Shown here: one piece after another, positions 1 through 11,100 of the stretch
How the letters are laid out: the number at the start of each line of letters is the position of its first letter
Numbering within the stretch: position 1 is the stretch's first letter
Origin: Blasia pusilla
Lineage: Eukaryota
Length of the DNA stretch: 64,000 nt
NCBI GenBank assembly: GCA_050084515.1
Contig: CM114271.1
Coordinates: forward strand, 43,214,001 to 43,278,000
Direction: 5' to 3'
Translations under genes and position numbers: made by a program
Notes under the pieces: generated by a model
The model's database searches: none
Told to the model about the DNA's origin: nothing
The model's input: the letters and a program-made list of their open reading frames with translations, nothing else

Positions 1-1375
1 GGATTTCTCCGGATTAGAAATTCCTACTAATTTGCCTATAATTATACAACTTTCTTGTGTAGCTCCTAGTACAGAGTTAAGTGATGCTGAAATTAATATC
101 TCGATGAAGGATTTGAGTAATGTGGATGTAGTGTTAACATTCTCTCTCTGAAACCTCAGTTGCAGGTTGGAGAAAAGTTTGATTTTATTGAACCGAGGAA
201 TACACGACATGTTATCAGTCATGGGGTGGTTAGTGGTCTTCCGGGGAAAGATCGGTTCCATGGGAAGAAAATTCCCATAGGGACCCTCTCTTGTTGCTTG
301 ATTGAGGCCATTGAGCCTAGTTTCAAGTTTGAGGAAGACGAGCCGCCACAATATGTTTTGGGTGATGCTGTACGATCAATTGTACTCTGGCCTGAAAAAA
401 AATATGAGAAAGAGAGTAGAGTAATCTACTTCTATTAAACTTGGTGTTCAGATTTGTACATTATGTTTTTTTTTAAAACTCTTCTCTACACCCTACAAGG
501 GAATTTGAGCCATGTTTCTGCTTCAATCTTGACTTCAAAAGAGAAGTTGTGAAAAACACCACTTGACAATTGATTAAATTTTTTCTTCTCGATTGAGGTG
601 TTAAATTCATATTTTTGGTTATTTACATTTCAAATTTCTGGTGAACTCCTTCTTTGAATCACTCATTGAATGGGGTTTAAATTGACATAGAAGCAAATGA
701 AGATCTACTAGCACCTACTTGTCACACCATCAAAAATACCCAATCCACTTCAATAAATAGTTTGCTGGTTTATCCTTTAGGAAGAACATAAAGAGTCATT
801 ATGGTTGCAATGCCCTCTCAGAGTGATTATAATCTAGTCAAATGATGACTCATGTGTCACATATGGCACAACTTTTTAGTCAATGAATTACTCTCCGAGT
901 CATCACTTGAGTCATTAATTGTAGCTATGAGTCATACATATACTATTCACCAATAAATAAATGACTACATGACTAATTGAAGAGACTCAATGAATGATAT
1001 CATAAGTCATCATTAAGTCATGACATGACTTTATGAGTGATTGAAATTGTTTTGGGGAGTCATGAAATAACTCTATGAGCTACACTCTCATATCACTATG
1101 AGTCATTATGTGCCTCTGAAAATTTGTCAGAAATTTAAGTTGTTTGTCTTATTATCTATTTCGTACAAGTGACGTGTTACTCCACGTTGGACTGATGACA
1201 TGTAATACACCTATAAATTTTGTCCTTTTTTCCATGTCAGATACTACACACACTCACTCACGAGTCATTTATGTATGACTTGATTAAAATAAATGACTAT
1301 AGTCATGACAAATATGACTTGTCTTTTAAGAGTGGTGGATTCATGAGTCATGAAAGTCACCTTATTCTTCTAGTG
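1..1375 (+). mobile_element. 3' end of a CACTA (En/Spm) DNA transposon
   Basis: Ends in ...CTTATTCTTCTAGTG at 1375 (reverse complement CACTAGAAGAATAAG, a CACTA-type TIR). About 790-1360 is packed with ATGAGTCAT/ATGACTCAT-like subterminal repeats. ORF 160-438 (...LGDAVRSIVLWPEK) resembles the C-terminal domain of CACTA accessory (TnpA-like) proteins and follows an acceptor-like TTGCAG. Confidence 0.75.
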
Positions 1376-1434
1376 CATGGACAAGTCTATTTATATGCTA
1401 TCTTGCTTTTTAGGTTATGCATTGTAGAGTCCAT

Positions 1435-2110
1435 CCTCTACTTCATCTAGCTTCATCCAAAGCACTCACAATCTTAAGATTTGCAAGTAGAAGATGTAGA
1501 TTGAGTCTCAAAGACTCGATCGATTGCGTGTTCCGTAGGTAGTCGAGAAGCCGCCAAGTGCTAATTGGGTCAAGTCTCCTTGAGTGCAAACTGTATCCCA
1601 ATGAAGCCTCTTCCCCAAGCCTTGACCAATATCCCCAAGTTTCTCGCCTATATTGGAGCGCGTCGATTAATTCCTCCAAGCACCTTCCTTAGCTCAAACC
1701 TAAAACATGGCCAAACACGCATCACGATTAGTTTTTGGTTCAAGGGCTTAAGAAGGTAGAGAGGAGAGCATCCCCCCACCATAGGTACTTCTAGAGTTCT
1801 CCATGAAAATTCTACCTTCCCAATTATCCCCCTTGGGCCCTTGATTTTGGCTCTCAACCCAAACGTGGTTTGCGACCTGCCGTCCACAGACCGATGTTTC
1901 ACTAGTTATCCATCAACATGGCTTGGGGGAAGCTTCTTGCAGCTTATGCAACTCTTGGCTCCCTAAACACATCTTGGATGTTGGATCCGCATTTCATGTG
2001 TGTCATGGTTTCTGCCCATCTTGACTCCTTGTTTGGCGTCTCATGGTTGTCTTTATGCCCTTTGCATTTTGTGACTAGTCTCGAGGCGTCTTGTCCATCT
2101 TGACTACGCA
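1435..2110. repeat. Diverged dispersed repeat (probable LTR/TE fragment), inverted copy at about 4575-5255
   Basis: Reverse complement of about 1830-1870 (GAGAGCCAAAATCAAGGGCCCAAGGGGGA) matches about 4808-4838 (GAGGGCCAAAATCAAGGGACCTAGGGGGA). GATGCGTGTTTGGCC is shared (about 1709-1723 rc vs 4941-4955). Boundaries approximate. Confidence 0.6.
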
Positions 2111-2989
2111 TATGTTTCTTGCTTCTTACCCTTCATTTGGTCCTTGGCTCCAAGGTCTAGACCTTGCTTGCCTTACCTTTATCTTGGTGATAGCTACGCC
2201 CCTTATGAGAAAACAGAAAGTGACGAAATCACTGAAATATTTTACAAAACTTGGAGATACTAAGTGGCCTAGTCCGTCCGTACGCTCATAGAAGAGCTTT
2301 GATGGAACCAGAACATGGAGATAACTTGACATATGAGAATTCGCTATCGATGCGGCTCTCGACTATTTCACTACTCGAGAAACTAGGGTTTTTTACCTAT
2401 TTTTCTTTGTTACTATTAATAGAAATTTTTTAGGGTTAGATAGTCCTAGTAACGCTACTTCATAAATCACCTACGTCATATTACTATGACTCCTTTGACA
2501 TCTAAGTCGGAACCATCAATTTAGGCTTCTCCTCATACAAGGGGGCCGATCAGATTAAGTGGATGGAGAAGTGGATGTTTAGAATCCAACACCCCTTTCT
2601 CAACTAAGGCTAGTCACAAGATACGTGTGCATCTCGTCTAGCGTTAGTTTTGCATCTAGTTGTGCCGCCCTCCTAGTCTTGGTTTCAATTTTGGTGGGTC
2701 ATACGAATGTCTTTCCAACTTGTATCCGCAATCATGACTTGCTTCCCAAGTTCCCACTAGCATGGACACCTTAGATTTAGCCATTCGTAACATATCCTCT
2801 AGTGCTTCGCACCATACTTGGACAACTTGGGCTTGTATCATTCCTTCAATGACATTAATCAAACATTGCAAGCATGTAAAGGCCTCATGCATATGCAAGC
2901 TCTCTCCATCTGATCTATGGATGGAAGTAGTGGATGCTCTAAAACTTCTATGTTTGTATCCCCTAATTATTCCTATTTTAGTTCAACAA

Positions 2990-4100
2990 ATTAAAGAACT
3001 CAACCATGGGGTTGAACTTTGAAAAACTTAAATGGACAAATTTTAACTTTCCCTAGGTGAGACACCGCCCCATGGGTCTCACTCATTGTAGAGGAAGAAG
3101 CTTCTCTTGTCTCCCCCTCATCATTTGTAAATGGCTCCGTCCATGATGCACAACGTGGATCATAGGAGAATATGTAGGCCTCATTATTTGGTACAAACCA
3201 AGATGAAAACTCCAAGTAGTTATCCATTGGTGATCCCTCCAAATGGTGAAACATAGCGTTCCATGATATGAACGTATGTACAAGTTGAACTCTTGAGAGC
3301 TCCTCATCCTCTCGAAGTTGCACCGACATCAAAACTCCATGATCAGTTGTAAAACTCCATGATCCCTGTAGTTTTCAAGAACCTATGGGATCCTCTACCC
3401 TGGTTGTCCGTCTCGTACGCCTATGGGTTAGGACCACTGAATGCCCTGAGTGATGTAGTAGGATATTCTTCCTACAAAGTCTCTTCTCCATGTGATGATG
3501 ATAAAGAGGGAGTTCGAGGTGGTCCCTCATGAGGAGACCCTTGATACCTCACGCCACTCAATGGAAACTCTCGGGCACTACTCTCAAGACCTTGACTCTC
3601 TAAACCTCGAAAGGACACCATGGCGGCACTTGTGCACCTTCTATATGATCACTCTTAACCTCAAAAGTTAAGTTTTAATGACTAGGAAACTATCCATATG
3701 GCACTCAAACCTCCATTCTCACTCCAAGACTTACACAATGCCCCAAGGTGCAGTGTGGTGCGGTAATACTCTAAGCACATGTATCCTATACTCAACATAA
3801 GACTCAACTATTACTCTTAACATCCCAAAAAACTCTATGGACCCTACTTTCATACATTAAGATGCTCACAACGTCACTACATAACCAAAAACCACAACGA
3901 AAATCCAACACTTGGAAATCCACACAAGTGGAAGGTAAGAGATTAAGATGGGTAATCTAAAACATAATGTTGATGTTGATTCTGAAAAAATTCCAATTGA
4001 CCCCAAATTTCTCATGAAACCAATCTCCTCTATTTTTAAATTAGTCATACTCCTAGATGCTGACTCAACTTAATCCTTCTCCATGATACGATGAAGTAAT
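2990..4100 (-). pseudogene. Degenerate gag and leader fragment of the DNMT-PHD retroelement family
   Basis: ORF 3000-3332 (MFHHLEGSPMDNYLEFS..YDPRCASWTEPF) aligns to 43567-43836 (MFQHLEGAPMDDYHEFS..YDPHYVSWTEPF). DNA similarity continues into the leader (ATGGGTAATCT.. at 3948 vs ATGGGTAACTT.. at 44497). Confidence 0.8.
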
Positions 4101-4574
4101 GATTACACAATATGGCTACAAATGTGACAACATGTCCCTCAATGTCATGGTGCGGCTCCGAGATCAAGATGAGACAGTGTGGCCATGAAAGGCATGGCAT
4201 GAAAATTGGTGGTTTGTTGCAACTAACAACATCATGAAATAATAATTGATCACCATAGAACAACTACATCATGAATAGCTAATTCTATAGTGCTCACAAT
4301 AGCAAGGACTTGAGAAGCAAGTCTTGATCACAAGTCCATGGAGGAAAAATCTTGGTGTGATCCACCAAAGTTGGAACTTAAACTAGCTAGTTGTGAGACT
4401 AGAAATGGTGGTAGAATCGACGACGGGAGTAATGATAGGCGAGATGTGTACCTACCTTGAGACTAGCCTTAGGCAAGAAACAAGCATATCTACACACAAG
4501 GATAAGTGAAAGGAAATCAAGGTGTGAGATCTTTGAGCCAAGCTTCAATTCAAGGGCGAGGAGCGAGGAACACA

Positions 4575-5255
4575 TGAGAAGTCAAGACGAGTGAGACACC
4601 ATGAGACTATTCATGAAATGTTTGCAATGAGATGCCAAAGGACAAGAGGTAAGACTGACACTAGCCATGAGACAAAAAAAATTAATCCAAGCTCCAAGAC
4701 AAGTATAGGAAGTTGAGAGTTGTAGAATATGTAGGAATCCTTCACCAAGTTGTCTTGAGGGATACCTAGTCAAATGTCGTTTCACGGGTCGAGAACCACC
4801 TTCGAGCTGAGGGCCAAAATCAAGGGACCTAGGGGGACAATGGAGATGATGGGGTTCCCAAGGACAACCCTGGAAGTACCTATAAAGGAGTATACCCTCC
4901 CTCTCTAACTATTCAAGGCCTTGAACAAGGAACTAACCATGATGCGTGTTTGGCCCTGCTTCGAGTTTGAGTAAATACACTATTTGGGATGTACCTTGAG
5001 GGATTAATCAAGGCGCTATGATAAATGCTAGTGACTTCGAGAGATTGATTGAGCCTTGCGGAAGAGGATTTTTAGACAAACTATCTACACTTGGCATGGG
5101 GAGACTCAATGTGATTAGCGGTTCTTGACTACCTAGCTTTGGAAGGCGCAACCAGTCGAGTCGTTGACACTCAATCCATGAGTTTCAATAGTACTTGCAA
5201 AGCTCAAGGTCAAGAGATTGAAGCGCTTTGGGGTGAATCTAGGAAGAGTAGAGGT
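4575..5255. repeat. Inverted copy of the 1435-2110 repeat
   Basis: Multiple collinear blocks match 1435-2110 in reverse orientation. Confidence 0.6.
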
Positions 5256-5799
5256 TGATATTTATAACGGACCACCAATTACCATCATCAATTACTCTAT
5301 GCTTCTCAAAATCGATGCGGCTCTACGATCGAGATCGTGGGTACGACGATTACGTATGATATAGGTAACCCTTATGGGGGGTGCTATGGGATGAAAATCC
5401 TAGGGGATGATTTTTTAGGAGGCGCATAGTGGGGGTGATTAGTGCGCCGACGGCAATCTTGCCAAACCCCCTCAACATTTTCAAATTTAAATTAAAAAAC
5501 TTAAGCAACCTTATTTTTTGGCAATTTCAATCAAATATCCCCTAAAATGGGGGGATTAACTTCCACAAAAAAAATTCACACCAACATCTCTCAAAAAATA
5601 AATTCAAAATTTTTTTCATTCAACTTCTCTCCAAAGAGGGAAGTTTTTACCAAACACTTCAAATAACTATTTACCACAAGGAAAGCCTTCTTCTCTAAAA
5701 TACGAAATGGCCATTGCTATATACTCACAAGTTGAAAAATATATCGTCTAAAAATTGGCAACACTACGGCATTGGGAACTTAGTATTAAGAACTCAAAT

Positions 5800-6730
5800 C
5801 TGCTATTATATAGTAGCGGTGCTTGTGGAGCTTTGACGGAGTGACGATCAATGAGCATGTGGAGACAACTTGGAGTGAGATTTTTGCACAAGGTCAAGAT
5901 TTCTCAAAGGATCTTGAGGTATCAAGGAGTGCTAAATTTTAACCCTAGGAAACTACACCCATTGTATGCAAATTTTTGAAGGAGAGCGTGAGGATGTTGG
6001 ATCCCTTTGGAGGGACCAACAAAGGTTTGGTTGTCTTCTTAAAGGTAGGCCTTTTCCTCTAGAAGTTTGAGTATGTGTAGCATGATGAGATTGCAAAATA
6101 GATCTTACTTTGACATATGTTCAAATTGAGGCAAAAGTTCCATGATCTCTTGCTTTAGTAATGTAGGGTTGGTAGAGTTCCTTATTGAAGGAGATCTTCC
6201 TATTGAGGGCAAAGAATCTAGAATAGATGGGCACCATTAATTTGTTGACTACAAGTTGGCCTTGTTAGGGTCAATCAAGTGGTAGTCAAGGGGGTGGCTT
6301 GGGAGACCCTAGGTCTAGATTATTTTGGCCAATAGTGCAAATCTTGCAACATCTGCAAGAGCACCACACCCACTTTGTTCCCTAACTTACATTAAGGAGA
6401 ATGTGTCGTTGTTGGATGACTCTTAGTCGCGAGTAGTGACTAGTGTGCATTAGGATTATGCATAGATTGGATAGACTCTAGTTTTGGACATGGCGAGCAT
6501 GGGGACCACGTACGCATATCCCGCGTCTTTGGTGGACAGATCGAATGTTGCATGAGGTTTTGAGAAGGTTAGGCAAGAGTGGAATGACCCTCCTAATTGT
6601 TGGTGGATTTCATATTGGATCTAGGGCATCAATCACAAGGAATGAGGCACAATGATTGACTCCCATTGAGTGTGGTGAATAGAGTTGGCATGTCAAGAGC
6701 ATCCCTCCTTAAATCCTCCTCACGCCTTGG
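5800..6730 (+). pseudogene. Degenerate C5-cytosine methyltransferase domain of an older copy of the retroelement family
   Basis: Manual translation gives RMLDPFGGT (about 5991, motif I), SWPC*GQSSGSQGGGLGDPRSRLFW (about 6254-6328, motif IV), YIKENV (about 6388-6405, motif VI) and HIPRLWWT (about 6515-6538, motif VIII). Each aligns to 40700-41280. Confidence 0.8.
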
Positions 6731-6929
6731 GGGTTTGAAGGAGGGATAAGTTTGAAACTTTTTTTATTTGTGATTTTCTTGCCATTGATATGCAATTTTT
6801 TTGCTGCTATGCTACGAGTGTTGTCTCCATTTTAATTTTAATTTGCATGCAACTATCATATGAATATCAAGAGTTATAAGACTCAAAGTTTATGAGTCAA
6901 TAAAATTGCACTTTGCAACTATATTGTGG

Positions 6930-7880
6930 TTGATACTTGCAAGAGGAGTGAAGGAGTAGCATATACATTCCTTGATTGAGTGCTGAGTCAAAATGATGCA
7001 CTAGCAATAGTGTTGACAGACCAAGGCATCGAGTTTTGTGAGAAGTTTTAGGCTTGTGTGATCAAATATTGATTGACCACTACACAACATTACAAGATCA
7101 TTCTAAGGTGAATGGTCTAGCCGAGCATGTTGTCCACAAGATGAAGAGGGGTTTGGGCAAGTATGGCTTATAGAGAGTTCGCCTAGCAGGTTGGGACCTA
7201 CAATTCTTATGGTATCTTCCTTCTACATGAATAGAAGGCAGATATCCTTGACATCTTATTCACATTTACTTTTTGCTCTATGGATGAGAGTCGGATGTAC
7301 CTACGACCAATTTTCATGATGCTATCGAGATACAAAACCTTGATGACCTTCATGTGTGGGTATGAGCATGTTCCAAAAGAGTAGAGACATTTTCAAGAGT
7401 CATGCCCATAGCATTTCAAAACTTGGAGATTATACGACATTATGACACCTTGAGGTATGCGATTATTTGGGAAGGAGGATATTGATCGACGATCCCGAGG
7501 TTCTATCAAAGGGACTATATTTACTTGCAGCAGACAATGCCAACAACTTTAGATGTGAAAATCAGGCACACCATTTTGAGGGTGTGCCTTAATTTCTATC
7601 ATTCTCTGGTTAGATGGGCAAGCATATGTTGATATGGTTTGTAATTGGAAGGACCATGAGTAGAATTGCAAATCATGTCACCTTTCTAGTATTTATGGTA
7701 TAATTGATTTGAGCTTGGAATTGGCACCTACAAGCTTATGGTGTATGTTATGTGGATCTGCTAGCCATGCAACCACAATGCTAGTTTGTGATGGATGTTT
7801 GATAGGGTGGCACATGACATGTTTGATTCCACCTCTCACTAGAGTTCCTGAAGGATGATGGATGTGCCCTAGCTAGATGT
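6930..7880 (+). pseudogene. Degenerate integrase + PHD finger of the same older copy
   Basis: Reads VLTDQGIEFCE.., DYIYLQQTMPTTLDV.. and CMLCGSASHATTMLVCDGC..GWHMTCLIPPLTRVPEG*WMCP, matching 36774-37700. Many stops. Confidence 0.85.
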
Positions 7881-7899
7881 ATATGGGATAGATAGTCAT

Positions 7900-9350
7900 A
7901 AACTTAAAGATTCCTTTTTGAATGAAGCTAGACAAGTTCTCTTAACTTTCTCCTCTTTAATTATGTTTGGTTAGGCTTGATTCCAATCGTCTTTGATGGA
8001 AGCCCACTTAAAGGTATTTTTTAGAGGCACTATGTTCAATGGGGGTATTCTTGTGAAGGTTTGGGCCCGTATTTGCTCTTGATGCAGTAAAGGGATTGGC
8101 TCAAGGATGCTTGCCCCTTCATTTTGCCTTTCTATATTGCACCATTTACTTTTACTACAACAATGCAGTTCTATTTGGGCCTCTGCTCACTACATGCATG
8201 TGGTTGGTTTGACATATTGTGAGTGGCATCAAAGCCTGAATTTTTTGGTGTGTATTTGCCATGTGTCCCAAGGTTGCACACGTGTCCACAGACCTATCCA
8301 TGTCGGAAAACTTAAGTCCATTCTATGGACAGACATGTCCGTGCAGGCTCCAGTATGCGGGGCCCGCACCCAAGCTGGCCCGCACCCGTTACATGATCCG
8401 TAGCCCGACCTCGGGTGGGCTTAGTGCAAGCCTCAAGCCTGCCTTGCGGGCCCTGGGTGCGGGCTCAAGGCCCGCAAAAATTGGTCTGCTGGACCAAGAT
8501 TTGGTCTAGCAGACCAATTTTAGGCTCAAGACCCTAAAGCGAGCCTTGAGCCCGCATGTAGGCCCTCAAGCCCATGCCTGCCCGTGCCATGTCTCCCTCA
8601 AGCCCGCGTCTGCATGTTTGGAGCCCACACCTGCCTGTCTAGAGCCTGCGCCCAATTAGCCTTGAGCCCGCACCTGCCCGCCCGGAGCCCACACGTGCCC
8701 GCCCAGAGCCCGCGGCCAATTAGCCTTGAGCCCGCACCTGCCTTCCTGGAGCCCACACGTGCCTTGAGTCTGTGCGTGTTTGCCTCGAGCCCGCACCTGC
8801 CCGCCTAGAGCCCTTGCCTGCCTTGAGCCTGCGCGTGTTCGCCTCGAGCCCGCACATGCCCGCCCAGAGCCCCCGCCTACCTGCCCTACCCCGCGCCTAA
8901 CGAGCCTTGAGCCCGCGCCTGCCGACCCTAGCCCTAGCATGCCGACCCTGAGTTCGCCCTATGGGCCATGCAACAGGTGCGAGCTCGGTCAACCCGAGTC
9001 TATGTGGCGGGCTCTAAGGCGGGCTCGGGTGCGGGCCGGGCATGTTTGAGAATATGTTTCGACATGTCCGTCCCATGGACAGACTTGTTCGTTTCCGTGC
9101 AATCTTGATGATTCTATCCACTTGGGGATGAGCCGATAAGAGGATTACCACTTACAACATTTTGTGGTTTTGTATTGCTTACAAGAGTGGATTCTATGTG
9201 AAGAAAGAGCAAGTGCGAGCATTGGAATTGTGTTTGCCAACACTATTCCATATGCGATACCCTCATTTGTGCTGATCTTTATATGAAGTGGGAGGTTGAG
9301 GTGGTGATGATTATATTATTATTATAGTCATGGCTATTGAGGGTGTTTCT
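7900..9350 (+). mobile_element. Highly degenerate CRE-like non-LTR retrotransposon remnant, interrupted by a MITE
   Basis: YCEWHQSLNF.. (about 8215) and CIAYKSGFYVKKE (about 9170) resemble YECCQSLDPLGVH and FNIARKSSFHMQER of the element at 57900-58900. Confidence 0.4.
8269..9107. mobile_element. hAT-type non-autonomous element (MITE) with an internal GC-rich GAGCCC(G/A)C repeat array
   Basis: TIRs are CAAGGTTGCAC (8269) and GTGCAATCTTG (ends 9107). Subterminal ATGGACAGAC/GACATGTCCG motifs are shared with 59113-59421. Flanks ATGTGTCC/ATGATTCT match at 5 of 8 positions. Confidence 0.7.
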
Positions 9351-9699
9351 ATTTTTGACACGTGTCAATTTAATTGAGAGACTTAAGTTAAGGGGTGATT
9401 GAGTTAAGAGGGGAAAAGATGTGCGAGGAAGAAATTTTTTTTACCGTCACTCGCGCTTGGCACGGACAACACACTAGTTGATCATGCTCAAGAGTTTAGG
9501 CATATGTGGTAGCATAGGAATATTACTACAAGGAGTGGCAATGTCATTGGTGTTAGTGAAGAAGACTTACCTTGTTGTGTGCATACTCTCCTCAAATGTC
9601 AATCTTTAGTGTCGCGGAAGGGCACGTTTAGTAGGACACACCCTCATTGCCTATCTATATCCAAACACACTCACGGTAGTCTGGTCTTGGTCAATCCGC

Positions 9700-11100
9700 C
9701 TTCCAACCCATCGAGTTCTCAACTCAGCATCTCATCAAGTTCAACCTTCCCTCATTACTAGCTCTCCAACACGGGCAAGTCTTTCGAGACTTGAGATAGA
9801 CTTTCTCGTTAGTCCAGACACTTAAAATGATATCTGCATGCCTACGGATCCCAATTGTCCAATGGACCTCACATGAACCCCAAATCGAGACCCAACAATA
9901 TGAGTCGCAGGTTGGAATCCAACAGGGACCTTCGAAATCCACTGTAGTGGACTTGGTTGGGGTTGTGGATCCCAACGCCAAACTCCTGATTCCGTGCCCT
10001 TTAGTTGTCCTGTGGCGCCCCAAAGTGGGGTTTGAGTCCCAAGCACCCTTGGAAGTTGGAGACCTTCCCCATTACTAGTACTTTTGAGGATCCCCGCCCT
10101 CCCCCTACCTTTGGGGAAGAGACATCTAGGCCCCTCCTTTTGGCCCTCATCCCGACTCCCCATACAATACTTTTTGGCCAATTTTGGAGCCTCTCCTAGT
10201 GCATTTGCTAAGATCTATAGTGCATTGGAAGTGGCTTTGCATAAGCTTTTGAACGCCACCTTACTTGTCCCAAATGCGTCTTGGGACTAAAAGTTATGGT
10301 CTAAAATATAATCAATGACCCCAAACGCTAGGCACATTTCAAATCCGGTTCTTACCTTTTGGCCACGTCTCATCCTAGACTCGACTCCTCTCAAGTGTGG
10401 GTTCGCGTTTGGATATGGTTTCCTTAGTCGCGACCATAAACGCATGAAACACTCAAAACGCTAGCCTTGCTCGCGTCTCACACTTGTAATTCCTAATTTG
10501 TCTCTTCTTGAGACCTCTCCAAAGCGTGAACCATCATAGCGTGAGCCCGCTAGAGTTTGGATGTTCCGTTTGGCGTTCGTTTGGTTATGAGGGTCGCGAC
10601 ATAATTCTTTAGTCGTCTTCATAAAGGAAATCAAATTGTCCCACTGGCCATAAAGATCTATGGGGCCATGGGGGAGAGGTTTGAAACTTTCCTTACCAAC
10701 TATTCTCATCTTCTCCTTTTGAAAAATGGGTTGTCTTCAGCTACTACAATCCTATACTAGACAACGGGTCTTCATTGCTTTGGAACGTGCCCAAGCACAT
10801 GAGTTGCTGAGGCAGTGTGACGCGCTGGGAAACTTTAATGTTAGAGGCCCTCTTACATGTAGTCATGGGACGTTGATATTAAGTGTCGTTGATATTACTT
10901 TTGCTTTGGTGAGGTTTACATCTAGGGGTCTCCCCTTTGTTTTGCCCATAGTCGGATGTGGGATTGGTGTTCGCGACTCTTTGAATCTCCTTCCTTGCAC
11001 TTCCACTACACTTCTTACATGCTTTGATTATGGTCTTATTTTTCAATTCAGAAATACATAAATATTCTGAGCAAAATTCGAAATCTCTCTTAATTTTCGC
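9700..11100 (-). mobile_element. Possible degenerate retrotransposon gag-like remnant
   Basis: Fragmented readings such as LYGQWDNLISFMK..NAKRNIQTL and LGEAPKLAKKY weakly resemble retrotransposon Gag. No intact ORF. Confidence 0.3.

Noticed and set aside
8584-9049. Pro/Ala/Arg-rich ORFs
   Set aside because: They are translations of the GC-rich repeat array inside the MITE.
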